NCBI GenBank assembly: GCA_905236055.1
Contig: CAJOOA010000095.1
Coordinates: 1 to 53,741 of the forward strand
Direction of reading: 5' to 3'
DNA from: Candidatus Gastranaerophilales bacterium
GTDB lineage: Bacteria; Cyanobacteriota; Vampirovibrionia; Gastranaerophilales; Gastranaerophilaceae
Length of the DNA stretch: 53,741 nt
The position numbers and the translations under genes are program-made. This document shows positions 18,619-28,751 of the stretch, piece after piece. Below the pieces are notes generated by a model that was given only the letters and a program-made list of their open reading frames with translations, had not been told where the DNA came from and did not search any database. Position 1 is the stretch's first letter. Each line of letters begins with the position of its first letter.

Positions 18619-19649
18619 TGAAAGCTGTTTTATACTACGGGCCGCAAAATATTAAATATGAAGAAACTCTTATCAAACCTCTTGAAAATGGAGAGATTTT
18701 GGTAAAAATAGATTCTGCGCTTACATGCGGTACTGATGTAAAGACATACAGAAGAGGACACCCTGTCTTAATAAAAAAAGTACCGTCCGGTTTTGGTCAT
18801 GAATTTGCCGGAACTGTAGAAAAAGTCGCAGAAGATGTTACAAAGTTTAAAGCAGGAGACAGAGTTGTCGCCGCAAATTCTGCACCTTGCGGGGAATGTT
18901 TTTTTTGCAAGAGAGAAGAATATAACCTTTGCGAAAATCTTGATTTATTAAATGGTGCTTATGCCCAATATATTGTTATTCCGGCAAGAATTGTTGAAAA
19001 AAACACTCTGATAGTTCCTGATGATTTATCCCTTGAAAAAGCGGCTTTTTGCGAGCCATTGGCGAATGTTGTTCATGGTGCGGCAAGAACGGAAATTAAA
19101 CCCGGACAAACAGTTGGGATCATCGGTATAGGACCAATTGGGTTGATGTTTGCCAGAGTGGCAAAACTTATGGGTGCGAGAGTTATCGCTGCAGGTAGGA
19201 ATCCGATAAAATTAAAATTGGCTGATGAATTTGCCCATGTTGATGAAGTGGTTGATTTAATTAAATACCCAAATCCCGAAAAAATCTTTAAGAATTTTTC
19301 TGAAGAGGGGAGAGGGCTTGATGTAGTTGTAGAGTGCGTAGGGTTGCCTGAAATATGGGAAAGGGCCTTTTCGTGTGTTCGCCCCGGCGGCACCGTGCAT
19401 TTCTTTGGCGGATGCAAGTCCGGTTCTACAGTAACATTTGATACGACAAAAATGCATTATGGTGATATTAAATTGATGAGTGTTTTTCATCACACTCCGA
19501 AATATTTTAGAGAAGCGCTTGATTTAATATCTTCCGGCAAAATTGAGGTTGAAAAACTTATTACTGACACTTTACCTTTAGAAAAAGTTGAGTATGCAAT
19601 GGAGCAGCACATTGCAGGTAAAGCGATAAAATTTTTGATTAAACCATAA
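18618..19649 (+). CDS. Zinc-dependent alcohol/sugar-alcohol dehydrogenase (MDR family)
   Basis: CGTD, GHEFAG, CGECFFC..C structural zinc site, GIGPIG. Confidence 0.92.
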   Translation: MKAVLYYGPQNIKYEETLIKPLENGEILVKIDSALTCGTDVKTYRRGHPVLIKKVPSGFGHEFAGTVEKVAEDVTKFKAGDRVVAANSAPCGECFFCKREEYNLCENLDLLNGAYAQYIVIPARIVEKNTLIVPDDLSLEKAAFCEPLANVVHGAARTEIKPGQTVGIIGIGPIGLMFARVAKLMGARVIAAGRNPIKLKLADEFAHVDEVVDLIKYPNPEKIFKNFSEEGRGLDVVVECVGLPEIWERAFSCVRPGGTVHFFGGCKSGSTVTFDTTKMHYGDIKLMSVFHHTPKYFREALDLISSGKIEVEKLITDTLPLEKVEYAMEQHIAGKAIKFLIKP

Positions 19650-19676
19650 GGATAGGATTCCTTAATTTAAGCAAAA

Positions 19677-20070
19677 AAAAGCAGCTCATAAGCCGTGTTC
19701 TGTTTTTTACGTTTTTGTTTCATTACTTAAAGTAGCAAACAAAATAAATGTAATAGATAATCATCTGTCTAATCTTGAGATTGCTCTCAAGCTTAAGCGA
19801 TTTTTCTGGACTTGGCGGACACCTCAAACGTCCGATTCAATCTTGCATCCGACCGGGGGTTGCCTAGCCGATACCTTCCGATATCGCTGGTGAAGCTCTT
19901 AACTCACCGTTGCACCATCGCTCCTACCTATAAGGTGGTCAGCAGTATATTTTCTGTGGTCCTATCCGCCAGCTCGCGCTGCCCGGAGTTTCTCCGGCGG
20001 TCTGTCCTTGGATGCACGGACTTTCCTCACAAGATAATAATTTACCCCGCGCGATTATCCGGCTGCTTTT
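19677..20070 (-). ncRNA. rnpB: RNase P RNA, bacterial type A
   Basis: Minus strand reads GAGGAAAGUCCGUGC near the 5' end and ACAGAACACGGCUUA near the 3' end (P4). P1 is AAAAGCAGC/GCUGCUUUU; P18 is CUUGAGA-GCAA-UCUCAAG. Confidence 0.96.
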
Positions 20071-20163
20071 TTACTAAGTATAACTCGAAAAATTAATTTA
20101 ACAACCGAATTAATTTTATAAAAATAATTGCATAAAAGCTGGCATGATTATAAGATTAAAGGT

Positions 20164-20433
20164 ATGAAGTTTATAAATAAAAGAACTATATTGATAATTG
20201 TTTTGTTTTTCGCCGGATTTGCTTATGGCTCGGAAGAAGTTTATCTTGATTTAAATACTCCAGATATACATCGGTTTGATACCGGAAAGCTTCAATATGA
20301 AAACAAAAAATTAAATGATGAAGATGATGAGGATTATTTAAATCCTTCATTTTACACCATGAAAAAAATGTTGGATGAAGATTTTCGATCTAAAGACAGA
20401 AGTTTTGGGAGCAAAATAATAAATAATATGTAA
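20164..20433 (+). CDS. Small secreted hypothetical protein
   Basis: Signal-peptide-like MKFINKRTILIIVLFFAGFAYG from ATG 20164 (ORF track start 20128). Confidence 0.6.
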   Translation: MKFINKRTILIIVLFFAGFAYGSEEVYLDLNTPDIHRFDTGKLQYENKKLNDEDDEDYLNPSFYTMKKMLDEDFRSKDRSFGSKIINNM

Positions 20434-20494
20434 TTATTTACCTCATATTTACCTTGTTGTATAATTATCGGGTACACGAATTAAGGGAATAATT

Positions 20495-23095
20495 ATGCTA
20501 AAAGGAAATGAAATCAGACAATTATTTTTAGATTATTTTGAAAAGAAAAGACAGCATACAGTAGTTGAAAGTTCATCTCTTGTACCCGATAATCCGACGG
20601 TTTTATTGACAACGGCCGGAATGCTGCAATTTTTGCCGATGTTTTTGGGTATTGTAAAACCGCCGTATAATCCGCCGAGAGCAACTTCTTGTCAGAAGTG
20701 TGCAAGAGCGGGCGGGAAAGATTCTGATATTGAAAATGTCGGACGTACTCCGCGCCATCATACTTTCTTTGAAATGCTTGGTTATTTTTCTTTTGGCGAT
20801 TATTATAAAAAAGAGGTTATTCCTTGGGCATGGGAATTTGTAACGGAAGTTCTTAAACTCGACAAAGACAGACTTTGGATAACTATATATGAAACAGACG
20901 ACGAAGCTTTTGAAATTTGGAGAAGCATAGGGGTTCCTGCCGAAAGAATTAAAAGAAAAGGTAAAAAAGATAATTTCTGGGGCCCTCCTGGAGCTTCCGG
21001 TTCTTGCGGACCTTGCTCAGAAATTCACTATGACTTAGGTGAAGAATATTCTTGCGGACATCCGAATTGCGGAATTGATACCTGCGAATGTGACAGGTGG
21101 GTTGAAATTTGGAATCTTGTATTTACAGAACTTTATCAGGACGAAGAAGGAAACCAAACCCCATTGGAAAAGAAAAACGTTGATACGGGTATGGGTTTGG
21201 AGCGTATAACAATGGTTTGCCAAGGCGTTGCTTCAACATTCGAAACAGACCTTTTAAGACCTATTCTTGACAAAGTTTCCGAAATGTCCGGTGTTCCTTA
21301 TAAAAAATCCGAAAAAACTGATATTTCTTTGAGAATTATAACTGACCATGCAAGATGCGTAACTTTCCTTATTTCAGATGGCGTTATTCCGGGGAATGAA
21401 GGTAGAAGTTACGTTTTAAGAATGATTCTTCGCCGTGCTCTGCGTCATGGCAAGATTCTGGGAATGGATTTACCGTTCTTGTATAAACTTGTTGATACTG
21501 TTGTCGAAAACTACGGCGGTGCTTATCCTGAGCTTGTAAAAAACAAAGAAAAAGTTAAAGAAGTAATCAAAAATGAAGAAGAACGCTTTAACAGAACACT
21601 TGATAGAGGGTACAAACTTCTTGAAGAATTTATTTCCGAAAAGAAAGATATTGACGGAGAGAATGCGTTCAAACTATATGATACGTACGGTTTCCCGCTC
21701 GAGTTAACTAAAGAAATCGCTGAGGAAAACGGACTCGGGGTAGACGAAATTGGCTATAAAGCGGCTATGCAAGAGCAGAAAGACAGGGCAAAGGCCGCAA
21801 CTGCAAAGATTTCTGTAACAGGTGATATTAAGTACGCAAAAGTCGAAGAACAAGTTGGTTCAACCGAGTTCTTGGGCTACGAAAACAATAAATCCGAATC
21901 AAAAGTTCTTGCTCTGATAGAGGGTGATGGTTATATTGACGTTGTGCTTGACAAAACACCTTTCTACGCAGAATGCGGGGGGCAAATAGGGGATAGCGGT
22001 TACTTAACTAATGAAACCTTAAAAGCTGAAGTTTTGACCATATTCAAGGTTAATAATCTTTTTGTTCACAGATGTCAGGTCGTTAACGGTGAAATAAAAG
22101 TCGGTGACTCTGTTCATGCAGCGATTGATTTGGCAAAGCGTGAAGAAATAAGAGTTCACCATACATCTGCTCACTTACTTCAAGCCGCTTTGATTAAAGT
22201 TCTCGGTGACGAAGTTAAACAAGCCGGTTCTCTGGTTGAAGAAAACCGTATGCGATTTGACTTTACTTTTTCACGCGCAATGACTCCTCAGGAAATCCAA
22301 AAAACGGAAGATATTTTGAATAAATGGATTTCGGAAAAACTTGAAGTTCATACTGATGTAATGGATATTGAACAGGCAAAATTAACCGGTGCAACGGCTT
22401 TGTTCGGAGAAAAATACGAAGATGTTGTTCGTGTTGTTAATATTGGTTATGACAAAAATTGCATTTCAAAAGAATTTTGTGCAGGTACACACGCCCGTAA
22501 TACAGGCGATTTGAGATTGGCAAAAATTGTTTCCGAAAGTGCAATTGCAGCAGGAACAAGAAGAATAGAAGTTGTCGTTTCTGATTCTGCGCTTAAATAC
22601 CTGAATGAAAAAGAACAGGTTGTTAATTCTTTGGCAGCGAAGTTCAAGGCGCATACAAGCGAGATTCTTGACAGGGTTGAAAAACTTTCCGAAGAAAACA
22701 GGGAACTTCAAAAAGAACTCGCCAGAGTCAAGGAAGAAGCTGCAAGGGGTAAATTCGCTTCATTTGTTTCAAAAGCGCAGGATATTTCAGGCGGTAAATT
22801 GTTTATATCTAAAGTTGATGATACCCTTGACGGGAATGCTATGAAAACAGGTGTGGAACTTCTTGCAAGTAAGCTTGGCGAAAGCGTTATCATTCTAGCT
22901 AATGCCAAATCCGTAATCTCAAAAGTTTCAGACGGATTTATTTCTAAAGGTATAAATGCAGGCAAGATTGTCGGTGATATAGCAAGAGCAACCGGTGCAA
23001 ACGGCGGTGGAAGACCAAACTTTGCACAAGGCGGAGTCAAGGATTCATCAAATCTTGACGAAATACTTTCAAAAATTGAAGCTGAATTAAAATAA
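20495..23095 (+). CDS. alaS: Alanine--tRNA ligase
   Basis: HHTFFEMLG, EIWNLVF, DTGMGLER, FKLYDTYGFP, editing HTSAH/CAGTH, C-terminal GGGRPNFAQGG. Confidence 0.98.
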   Translation: MLKGNEIRQLFLDYFEKKRQHTVVESSSLVPDNPTVLLTTAGMLQFLPMFLGIVKPPYNPPRATSCQKCARAGGKDSDIENVGRTPRHHTFFEMLGYFSFGDYYKKEVIPWAWEFVTEVLKLDKDRLWITIYETDDEAFEIWRSIGVPAERIKRKGKKDNFWGPPGASGSCGPCSEIHYDLGEEYSCGHPNCGIDTCECDRWVEIWNLVFTELYQDEEGNQTPLEKKNVDTGMGLERITMVCQGVASTFETDLLRPILDKVSEMSGVPYKKSEKTDISLRIITDHARCVTFLISDGVIPGNEGRSYVLRMILRRALRHGKILGMDLPFLYKLVDTVVENYGGAYPELVKNKEKVKEVIKNEEERFNRTLDRGYKLLEEFISEKKDIDGENAFKLYDTYGFPLELTKEIAEENGLGVDEIGYKAAMQEQKDRAKAATAKISVTGDIKYAKVEEQVGSTEFLGYENNKSESKVLALIEGDGYIDVVLDKTPFYAECGGQIGDSGYLTNETLKAEVLTIFKVNNLFVHRCQVVNGEIKVGDSVHAAIDLAKREEIRVHHTSAHLLQAALIKVLGDEVKQAGSLVEENRMRFDFTFSRAMTPQEIQKTEDILNKWISEKLEVHTDVMDIEQAKLTGATALFGEKYEDVVRVVNIGYDKNCISKEFCAGTHARNTGDLRLAKIVSESAIAAGTRRIEVVVSDSALKYLNEKEQVVNSLAAKFKAHTSEILDRVEKLSEENRELQKELARVKEEAARGKFASFVSKAQDISGGKLFISKVDDTLDGNAMKTGVELLASKLGESVIILANAKSVISKVSDGFISKGINAGKIVGDIARATGANGGGRPNFAQGGVKDSSNLDEILSKIEAELK

Positions 23096-23101
23096 TTAAT
23101 A

Positions 23102-26100
23102 TTATGTAAAGATATTAAAAACAATGCTCGGCGGTTCATTTTTTTCTGGACCGCTGAAGGATTTTATTTTCTGTGAAGTTGTAATATGCAATTTCTTTTT
23201 AGCCCTGGTTATTGCAACATAAAAAAGTCGCAAATTTTCTTCTGCAGAAAACTCTTTTAGTTCTGTTTCGGATTTCTTTTTATATTTGGAATTAAATCCC
23301 CGAACCTCTTCCATAAATGAAGTTGAAGCTTTTAAACTCATATTAGCAACGTCAATTGGCAAGGATTTTTCCGACAGTTCGGGAATAAATACATAATCAA
23401 ATTCATCTCCTTTTGATTTATGCATAGTCATAATTTGCACCTTGCCTTTTGTGGCAGATTCATCTTCTTCTTCGGAAAAGAATTTAAATCCGCTCAGTGT
23501 CGGACGCTTGGAAAGAGATTCCAACCTTTCCAAAACAAGATTAAAATCATTGTTGGTATTTAATCTGCGAATTAGAGTTGAAATCAAGTAAACATTCGAT
23601 TTTTCAATATCTGAACTGTAATAATACAGCCCTATTCTGATTGCAAGTTCTTCTATCGGTAATGTTGAAGAATTTAGCCAATATTCCATATCCCATAAGA
23701 ATTTAACCAAATCCTCCTGCTCGATATTATCTCCGTTTTCATATATAAAAGGTGTTTGTGAATTTCTTATTTCAATTTGAAGCCGAGGTTTATATAAACC
23801 GGCTTCAGATAATATTTCGTAGGTATTTGCAAGTTGTTCATTATCAAACGGATTTTGTATAAATTTCAAAATGGCAAATATGGTGTTAAAAACAGATTTT
23901 TGCCCCAATGATTCACTTCTTGTAATAGTTTTGAAACCTGAATCGTTAATAAAACTTGTCCAATTAGCAACCTGATAGTTGCTTCTGAGTAGAATTCCTA
24001 TTGTTGCATCCTTGTCAAAATTAAGTGCATTTTTAATTTCTTTAAGAATATAATTTTTTTCTTCAAAAGGTTTTTCAAAAATCTGCATGTTCACGGCATT
24101 TTTTGAAACGGGGTTTTTATTTTCAACTCCCTCCATTTTAATATTATAAAATGCCTTTGGTAAGATAGTTTCTCCCCATTCTAACATTTTATTTGCAAGA
24201 TTCATAATTTCTTGGGCACATCTTTGCGAGTGATTCATCTCAACTTTTTTACCTGCGGTTTGTATAAACTTTCTAAAGCCCTCAACGTCTGCATTGGAAA
24301 AAGTTGTTGTAATTGCTTGATTTATATCTCCGCAGCGAATGAGATTTTTATGTTTACCGCTTAAAAGCCCTATTAATCTTTGTTGAATATTAGAAGAATC
24401 CTGCGCTTCGTCTTCAATAATATATTCACAAATATCCTGATAATATTCTAAAATGTCTTTATTTTTTTCAAGAAGTTTGACAGACATAAGAAGTATGTCA
24501 TCATAATCAATAAGATTTTCTTCTGCCAATTTCTGCTGATACTCTTTATAAAAAATCCTAAATTTTTCAATTTTTTTGTCGGATGAAGAAGTATCAATAT
24601 TTCCTTCCTGAAGTTTCATTACGGAAATGGCCCGATCAAATTCTTCTAAATCTTTTTTAGTATTTTTTCCTTGCAAGCTTTTTATTATTCTGAGCCGTTG
24701 AGTATCGTCACAAATATCGAAGTCCGGCGGTAAATTTAATCGGGTATAGTTAGAATTTTCCTTAATAATACGAAGCGCGAGTCCGTGGATAGTGCTTATA
24801 TTAGGTAACTGCGTACTTTCAGGAGACATGTTTTTAATTCTTTCTCTAAAATTTCTTGCTGCTGAATCCATATAAGTAAGAACAAAAATATTTTCTGCAT
24901 TTACCCCTTTGCTTAAAAGTTTCATAATTAAAGCCAACAAAATCGTTGTTTTTCCAGCGCCTGGTACAGCAGTAATTGCCATAGTTCCTTTTTGATATTC
25001 AAGTACGGGTATCTGATCTTCTCTCGGTGTGATTTGAAAGCTTGGTTTATTTTCGGTGTCATTTTTTTCAGAAACCAAATACTCTTCAATTCCGCCAAGA
25101 TTCTCGACTCCTTGGGTATCAAACAAACTTGAATATGCCCAAACATGAGTTTTTGAAAGCAAAAGCAATTTTCTAAGTATTCTTGCTGTTTTCTGAGAAG
25201 AAAGGAAAATATCATCCTCCAAAGTGTACTTATCTTTGTTCCAATCTTGTTGCAAAACCCATGAATTGTACAAAGGTCCGGTATCTGTTTTTACCCATTC
25301 CGAATTTGAGACATCAAGCCAAATTTGGTATTCGGACGAAATTTTATTATCAATTACTTTTTGCGGAGTTGCTACGACTAAATCATTTTCACCTATTTCA
25401 AGAGTAGAACTTGGATTTTCCGCAATAATAGAATTTTCAAATTGGTTAATTATATCTGCGATTCGTTCTTTTACTTTGTCTGCCCCGAGAACATTTTCGT
25501 AATCCCGGAATTGTTTTATAAAGAAATTAAACTTGTTAATTTTATCCTCGGGGATATAAGTTACTATCCGCATAAACATTTCATAAATTTTTAAAGAAAG
25601 CTTTATTTCTTTATTTTTAATTTCTTCGAAAGATTTATATAGATTTTGGTACTTTTCATTGTAATATTCAAGTTCGATATTCGGAAGAGTTTTTGTTTTG
25701 TTATATTCAAGCAATATCTTTTCGCAGTACTTTAGAGGAATGCCTGCATAATCTGAAAGGATTACCCTTAAATCGTGTTCAGAGATTTCTATATTATGCA
25801 TGAGTTTCAAGAGGTTCAAGCTTGCTTTAACTAATGAGTTATCAACAAGTTTTTCACTTCCTGATAGAAACAAAAGATTGCAACTCTTAAGATTCTCTTT
25901 CAGGGTAAATTTCAACATGTCATCTTGAACTGGTGTAATTATTACAATATTTTTGGGTTTTATATTTTGTTTAAATAATTTTGTAATCTTAGATATGGCG
26001 GAATCCAAAGTATCAGCACGTTTGGAGAGTGAAGACAATGTAAAATTTTCGAGTCCTTCATGACGATTTTCCAAAACATTTTTAAAAATAATTTCACCAT

Positions 26101-26908
26101 TTTTAAAAACTTCATTATCGTTTCTTATATTTTCATTAAATAAATTTTTTAGTTTTGATTCAATTGAAGTGTCAGCACTCAAATATCCGCAACGGCTTGA
26201 GCCCAATGAATCAAAACATATAATCCAGTCCTTAAGCTGCGGCTTAATATATGATACAAAATCAAAACAGATTGGTGTCATTTCATCAGCATCATCAATT
26301 AACAAATATTTTATATTTTTAAAATAATCGGTCTTTTTGTATACATGGTTAAAAATGAGAGTTTGCCTCAAATAATCCAAGCTTCTGGTTTTCAGAGTTG
26401 CGGATAAAAGTTTTTTAATAATTATTTCCGCATCATCACTAAAAGCTTCTCCAAGAATTTTTGAACGCTTTCTTACATCGTCGTCTGTAAGATTATTTTG
26501 AACGATTAAAGAATATCGTCTAAAGATTTGATGTAATAGTGATTTCTTAGAGTTATACCCTTTTACGTCATTTGATTTTAAAATATCTTTTAAAAGAAAT
26601 TGAGAAACTTCCAAGCCGACAAGATTAGGTAATATAAAATTTTTTCCGTCAGAAATCAAATTTTCAACAAAGCACCAATTATCAACAAGTGTATTATATA
26701 CAATTGAAAAAAACGAATGAATATTTAAATGTTCGATAGCCGGAACCGCAATATTTTTAATAGTTTTGTCTGTAAAAGTTTTCTTTAAATTTGAATTTTG
26801 CAGCAAAACCAATATTTCCGACGGATTAACCCCGGAATTGATAAGCTCGCAATACCTATTTACGAGTATTTTTTCTCTCGATTCAGCATTAATTAAATTT
26901 AATAACAT
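23102..26908 (-). CDS. UvrD/PcrA-like SF1 helicase with a ~630-aa N-terminal degenerate helicase-like region
   Basis: AVPGAGKT, DEAQD, GDINQAI, TMHKSKGDEFD, YVAITRAKK in the C-terminal half. Likely start ATG 26908 (AAGGTG RBS; ORF track start 26956). Confidence 0.88.
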   Translation of the reverse strand: MLLNLINAESREKILVNRYCELINSGVNPSEILVLLQNSNLKKTFTDKTIKNIAVPAIEHLNIHSFFSIVYNTLVDNWCFVENLISDGKNFILPNLVGLEVSQFLLKDILKSNDVKGYNSKKSLLHQIFRRYSLIVQNNLTDDDVRKRSKILGEAFSDDAEIIIKKLLSATLKTRSLDYLRQTLIFNHVYKKTDYFKNIKYLLIDDADEMTPICFDFVSYIKPQLKDWIICFDSLGSSRCGYLSADTSIESKLKNLFNENIRNDNEVFKNGEIIFKNVLENRHEGLENFTLSSLSKRADTLDSAISKITKLFKQNIKPKNIVIITPVQDDMLKFTLKENLKSCNLLFLSGSEKLVDNSLVKASLNLLKLMHNIEISEHDLRVILSDYAGIPLKYCEKILLEYNKTKTLPNIELEYYNEKYQNLYKSFEEIKNKEIKLSLKIYEMFMRIVTYIPEDKINKFNFFIKQFRDYENVLGADKVKERIADIINQFENSIIAENPSSTLEIGENDLVVATPQKVIDNKISSEYQIWLDVSNSEWVKTDTGPLYNSWVLQQDWNKDKYTLEDDIFLSSQKTARILRKLLLLSKTHVWAYSSLFDTQGVENLGGIEEYLVSEKNDTENKPSFQITPREDQIPVLEYQKGTMAITAVPGAGKTTILLALIMKLLSKGVNAENIFVLTYMDSAARNFRERIKNMSPESTQLPNISTIHGLALRIIKENSNYTRLNLPPDFDICDDTQRLRIIKSLQGKNTKKDLEEFDRAISVMKLQEGNIDTSSSDKKIEKFRIFYKEYQQKLAEENLIDYDDILLMSVKLLEKNKDILEYYQDICEYIIEDEAQDSSNIQQRLIGLLSGKHKNLIRCGDINQAITTTFSNADVEGFRKFIQTAGKKVEMNHSQRCAQEIMNLANKMLEWGETILPKAFYNIKMEGVENKNPVSKNAVNMQIFEKPFEEKNYILKEIKNALNFDKDATIGILLRSNYQVANWTSFINDSGFKTITRSESLGQKSVFNTIFAILKFIQNPFDNEQLANTYEILSEAGLYKPRLQIEIRNSQTPFIYENGDNIEQEDLVKFLWDMEYWLNSSTLPIEELAIRIGLYYYSSDIEKSNVYLISTLIRRLNTNNDFNLVLERLESLSKRPTLSGFKFFSEEEDESATKGKVQIMTMHKSKGDEFDYVFIPELSEKSLPIDVANMSLKASTSFMEEVRGFNSKYKKKSETELKEFSAEENLRLFYVAITRAKKKLHITTSQKIKSFSGPEKNEPPSIVFNIFT

Positions 26909-27028
26909 ACACCTTACGGAGTATTTTAACATGAATATAGTTTCAAATGCTTGCAAAATAAAAACTTTTTTAATAGAATTGAGTGGTATTCAGATACACA
27001 ACTTACACACAAATAGGAGAAATTAAAA

Positions 27029-27256
27029 ATGGCTACAAAATTTACTGAAAAAATGGGCATTCAAGAACAAATTATTGAATCTGCAGGACAAATTTATAAC
27101 TACCTTAATTCTAAAGGCGAAGTTTCTATAAGCAAGATGAAAAAAGATTTAAGTCTTGCTGATAATTTTGCTGAAATGGGTTTGGGTTGGTTGTCAAGAG
27201 AAGATAAGCTTGAATATACTCAAAAAGCAAAATCAGTTACAGTTAAGCTTAGATAA
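27029..27256 (+). CDS. Small winged-helix protein (DUF2582-like)
   Basis: AGQIYNYL..GLGWLSREDK pattern; AGGAG RBS. Confidence 0.82.
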   Translation: MATKFTEKMGIQEQIIESAGQIYNYLNSKGEVSISKMKKDLSLADNFAEMGLGWLSREDKLEYTQKAKSVTVKLR

Positions 27257-27271
27257 TAGGTTTTAATTAAG

Positions 27272-27305
27272 AAAAATGAGCTGCCAAGTACAGCTCATTT
27301 TTTTT
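27272..27305 (+). terminator. Rho-independent terminator
   Basis: AAAAATGAGCTG-CCAAGTA-CAGCTCATTTTT followed by more T. Confidence 0.85.
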
Positions 27306-27409
27306 GTGTAAATTTATATTGTAAAAAAAAGTAACGATTTATTACAAATTCTTTAAAAACAGGCAATTCCCATAAAAAAAATGTTTTTATACATGTGGGT
27401 AGAAGTGTT

Positions 27410-28036
27410 ATGAATATTCAAACTGATTATAGCTATAATTATAATGTATCCATGCAGGGCAGACCTAAGAAGCCCAACGATAAAATATTGGATAAAATAA
27501 GGAAGAAGATTGAGCAAAGAATAGTCAATGCTATACCCGAAAAAACGTTTAAAGACGGAGCAAAGAAGCTTGATAGGTATGATAAATACGGAAGTTTCGT
27601 TGCAAGACCTGATGTTAACCGGCTTATTATGGGTGTTACTGCAATGGCAACTCAGCCGGCAATTGATTATTACAATCACAGAGTAGACAAAGAAACCAGA
27701 GAAGTTTCAAGAAATAGAACAATTGCAAAGATTATTGCTTGTACTGCAGTTGGTATTTTGGTTCGCGGAACTTGTTACCGTATTGTTAATAAAATGACCA
27801 ATATAAAAGGGACTACAAAATTCAGTAAAGCACTTCTACCTCAAAAACATATTGAGCAATTGACTAAATTTACTCAAAAATTGGCAAACCACAAGAATAC
27901 GGTTTCAACATTATTGGCTTTGGCTGTCATGACATTTACAAATTTCTTACTTGATGCACCATTAACAGTTTATTTGACAAATAAATTTAATGCACGCACA
28001 GCGAAGAAGAAAGAAGCGGAGGTGAAAAATGGCTAA
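27410..28036 (+). CDS. Hypothetical membrane-associated protein
   Basis: Basic protein with 2-3 hydrophobic helices; ATG 27410 preferred over GTG 27395. Confidence 0.75.
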   Translation: MNIQTDYSYNYNVSMQGRPKKPNDKILDKIRKKIEQRIVNAIPEKTFKDGAKKLDRYDKYGSFVARPDVNRLIMGVTAMATQPAIDYYNHRVDKETREVSRNRTIAKIIACTAVGILVRGTCYRIVNKMTNIKGTTKFSKALLPQKHIEQLTKFTQKLANHKNTVSTLLALAVMTFTNFLLDAPLTVYLTNKFNARTAKKKEAEVKNG

Positions 28037-28697
28037 ACCTTTGCAGAGATGTTTAGAATATCTTTACAAAAAATTCAGCGACAACCCCGCAGGAATGATT
28101 ATTGTTACAAGCGTTACCGGATGGGTATTGTCTTCACTTGCGCAAATTATTGCGGTAGCAGTTAATCCAAAAATCAAAGAAGAACAAAAAGTATTCCTTA
28201 TACCGCAAGAATTTAATGACGCAATTGTAAATATTGGTGCATTTTTATCAATAACTTTGTTAACTAAAAGCACTGTATCAAATTTGTTCTCCTCCGGTAA
28301 ATTTGCACCGAAATCGGTAAGGGCTTTTTTGAATAAAAATGCAAAATTATACAAGGATAAAGTTGGAAAACTTGATTTCAATTTGGAGCAAGTTTTAGAA
28401 AAAAGCGGAGATAGCGCAACTCTTAGGGCATTTAAAACATATAAAAGTTTTGGAACTACAATAGCAACGGTTGGTGCGGCTATACTTGCCACGAACGTTG
28501 TTACACCTCTTTTAAGAAACTTTATGGCTTCAAAAGTACAAAAATCATATATTAAAGAGTATATGGGTGATAAGAAACCGGAAGCTGCAAATATTTCAAA
28601 ACCTGAGGTTAAACAGACAGAAACAAAACCCGTATTTAAGTCAGTTCCTGCACCGCAGTTAAACTATTATACTTCACGCGGATCAATGCGCATTTAA
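28029..28697 (+). CDS. Hypothetical membrane protein
   Basis: GGAGG RBS, 8-bp overlap with the upstream gene, three hydrophobic segments. Confidence 0.78.
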   Translation: MAKPLQRCLEYLYKKFSDNPAGMIIVTSVTGWVLSSLAQIIAVAVNPKIKEEQKVFLIPQEFNDAIVNIGAFLSITLLTKSTVSNLFSSGKFAPKSVRAFLNKNAKLYKDKVGKLDFNLEQVLEKSGDSATLRAFKTYKSFGTTIATVGAAILATNVVTPLLRNFMASKVQKSYIKEYMGDKKPEAANISKPEVKQTETKPVFKSVPAPQLNYYTSRGSMRI

Positions 28698-28751
28698 TTG
28701 ATTTAATATTTAAATTAGTTTAAAATAGGAGTTGCTGAAGGGGAGTTTTGT

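Noticed and set aside
19812-20096. 94-aa ORF on the + strand
   Set aside because: It is antisense to rnpB; a shadow ORF of a GC-rich RNA gene.
22708-23139. 143-aa minus-strand ORF and the many other 60-240 aa overlapping ORFs (e.g. 30402..31115, 40976..41464, 48905..49342)
   Set aside because: They lie antisense to or out of frame within well-supported genes and show no motifs.
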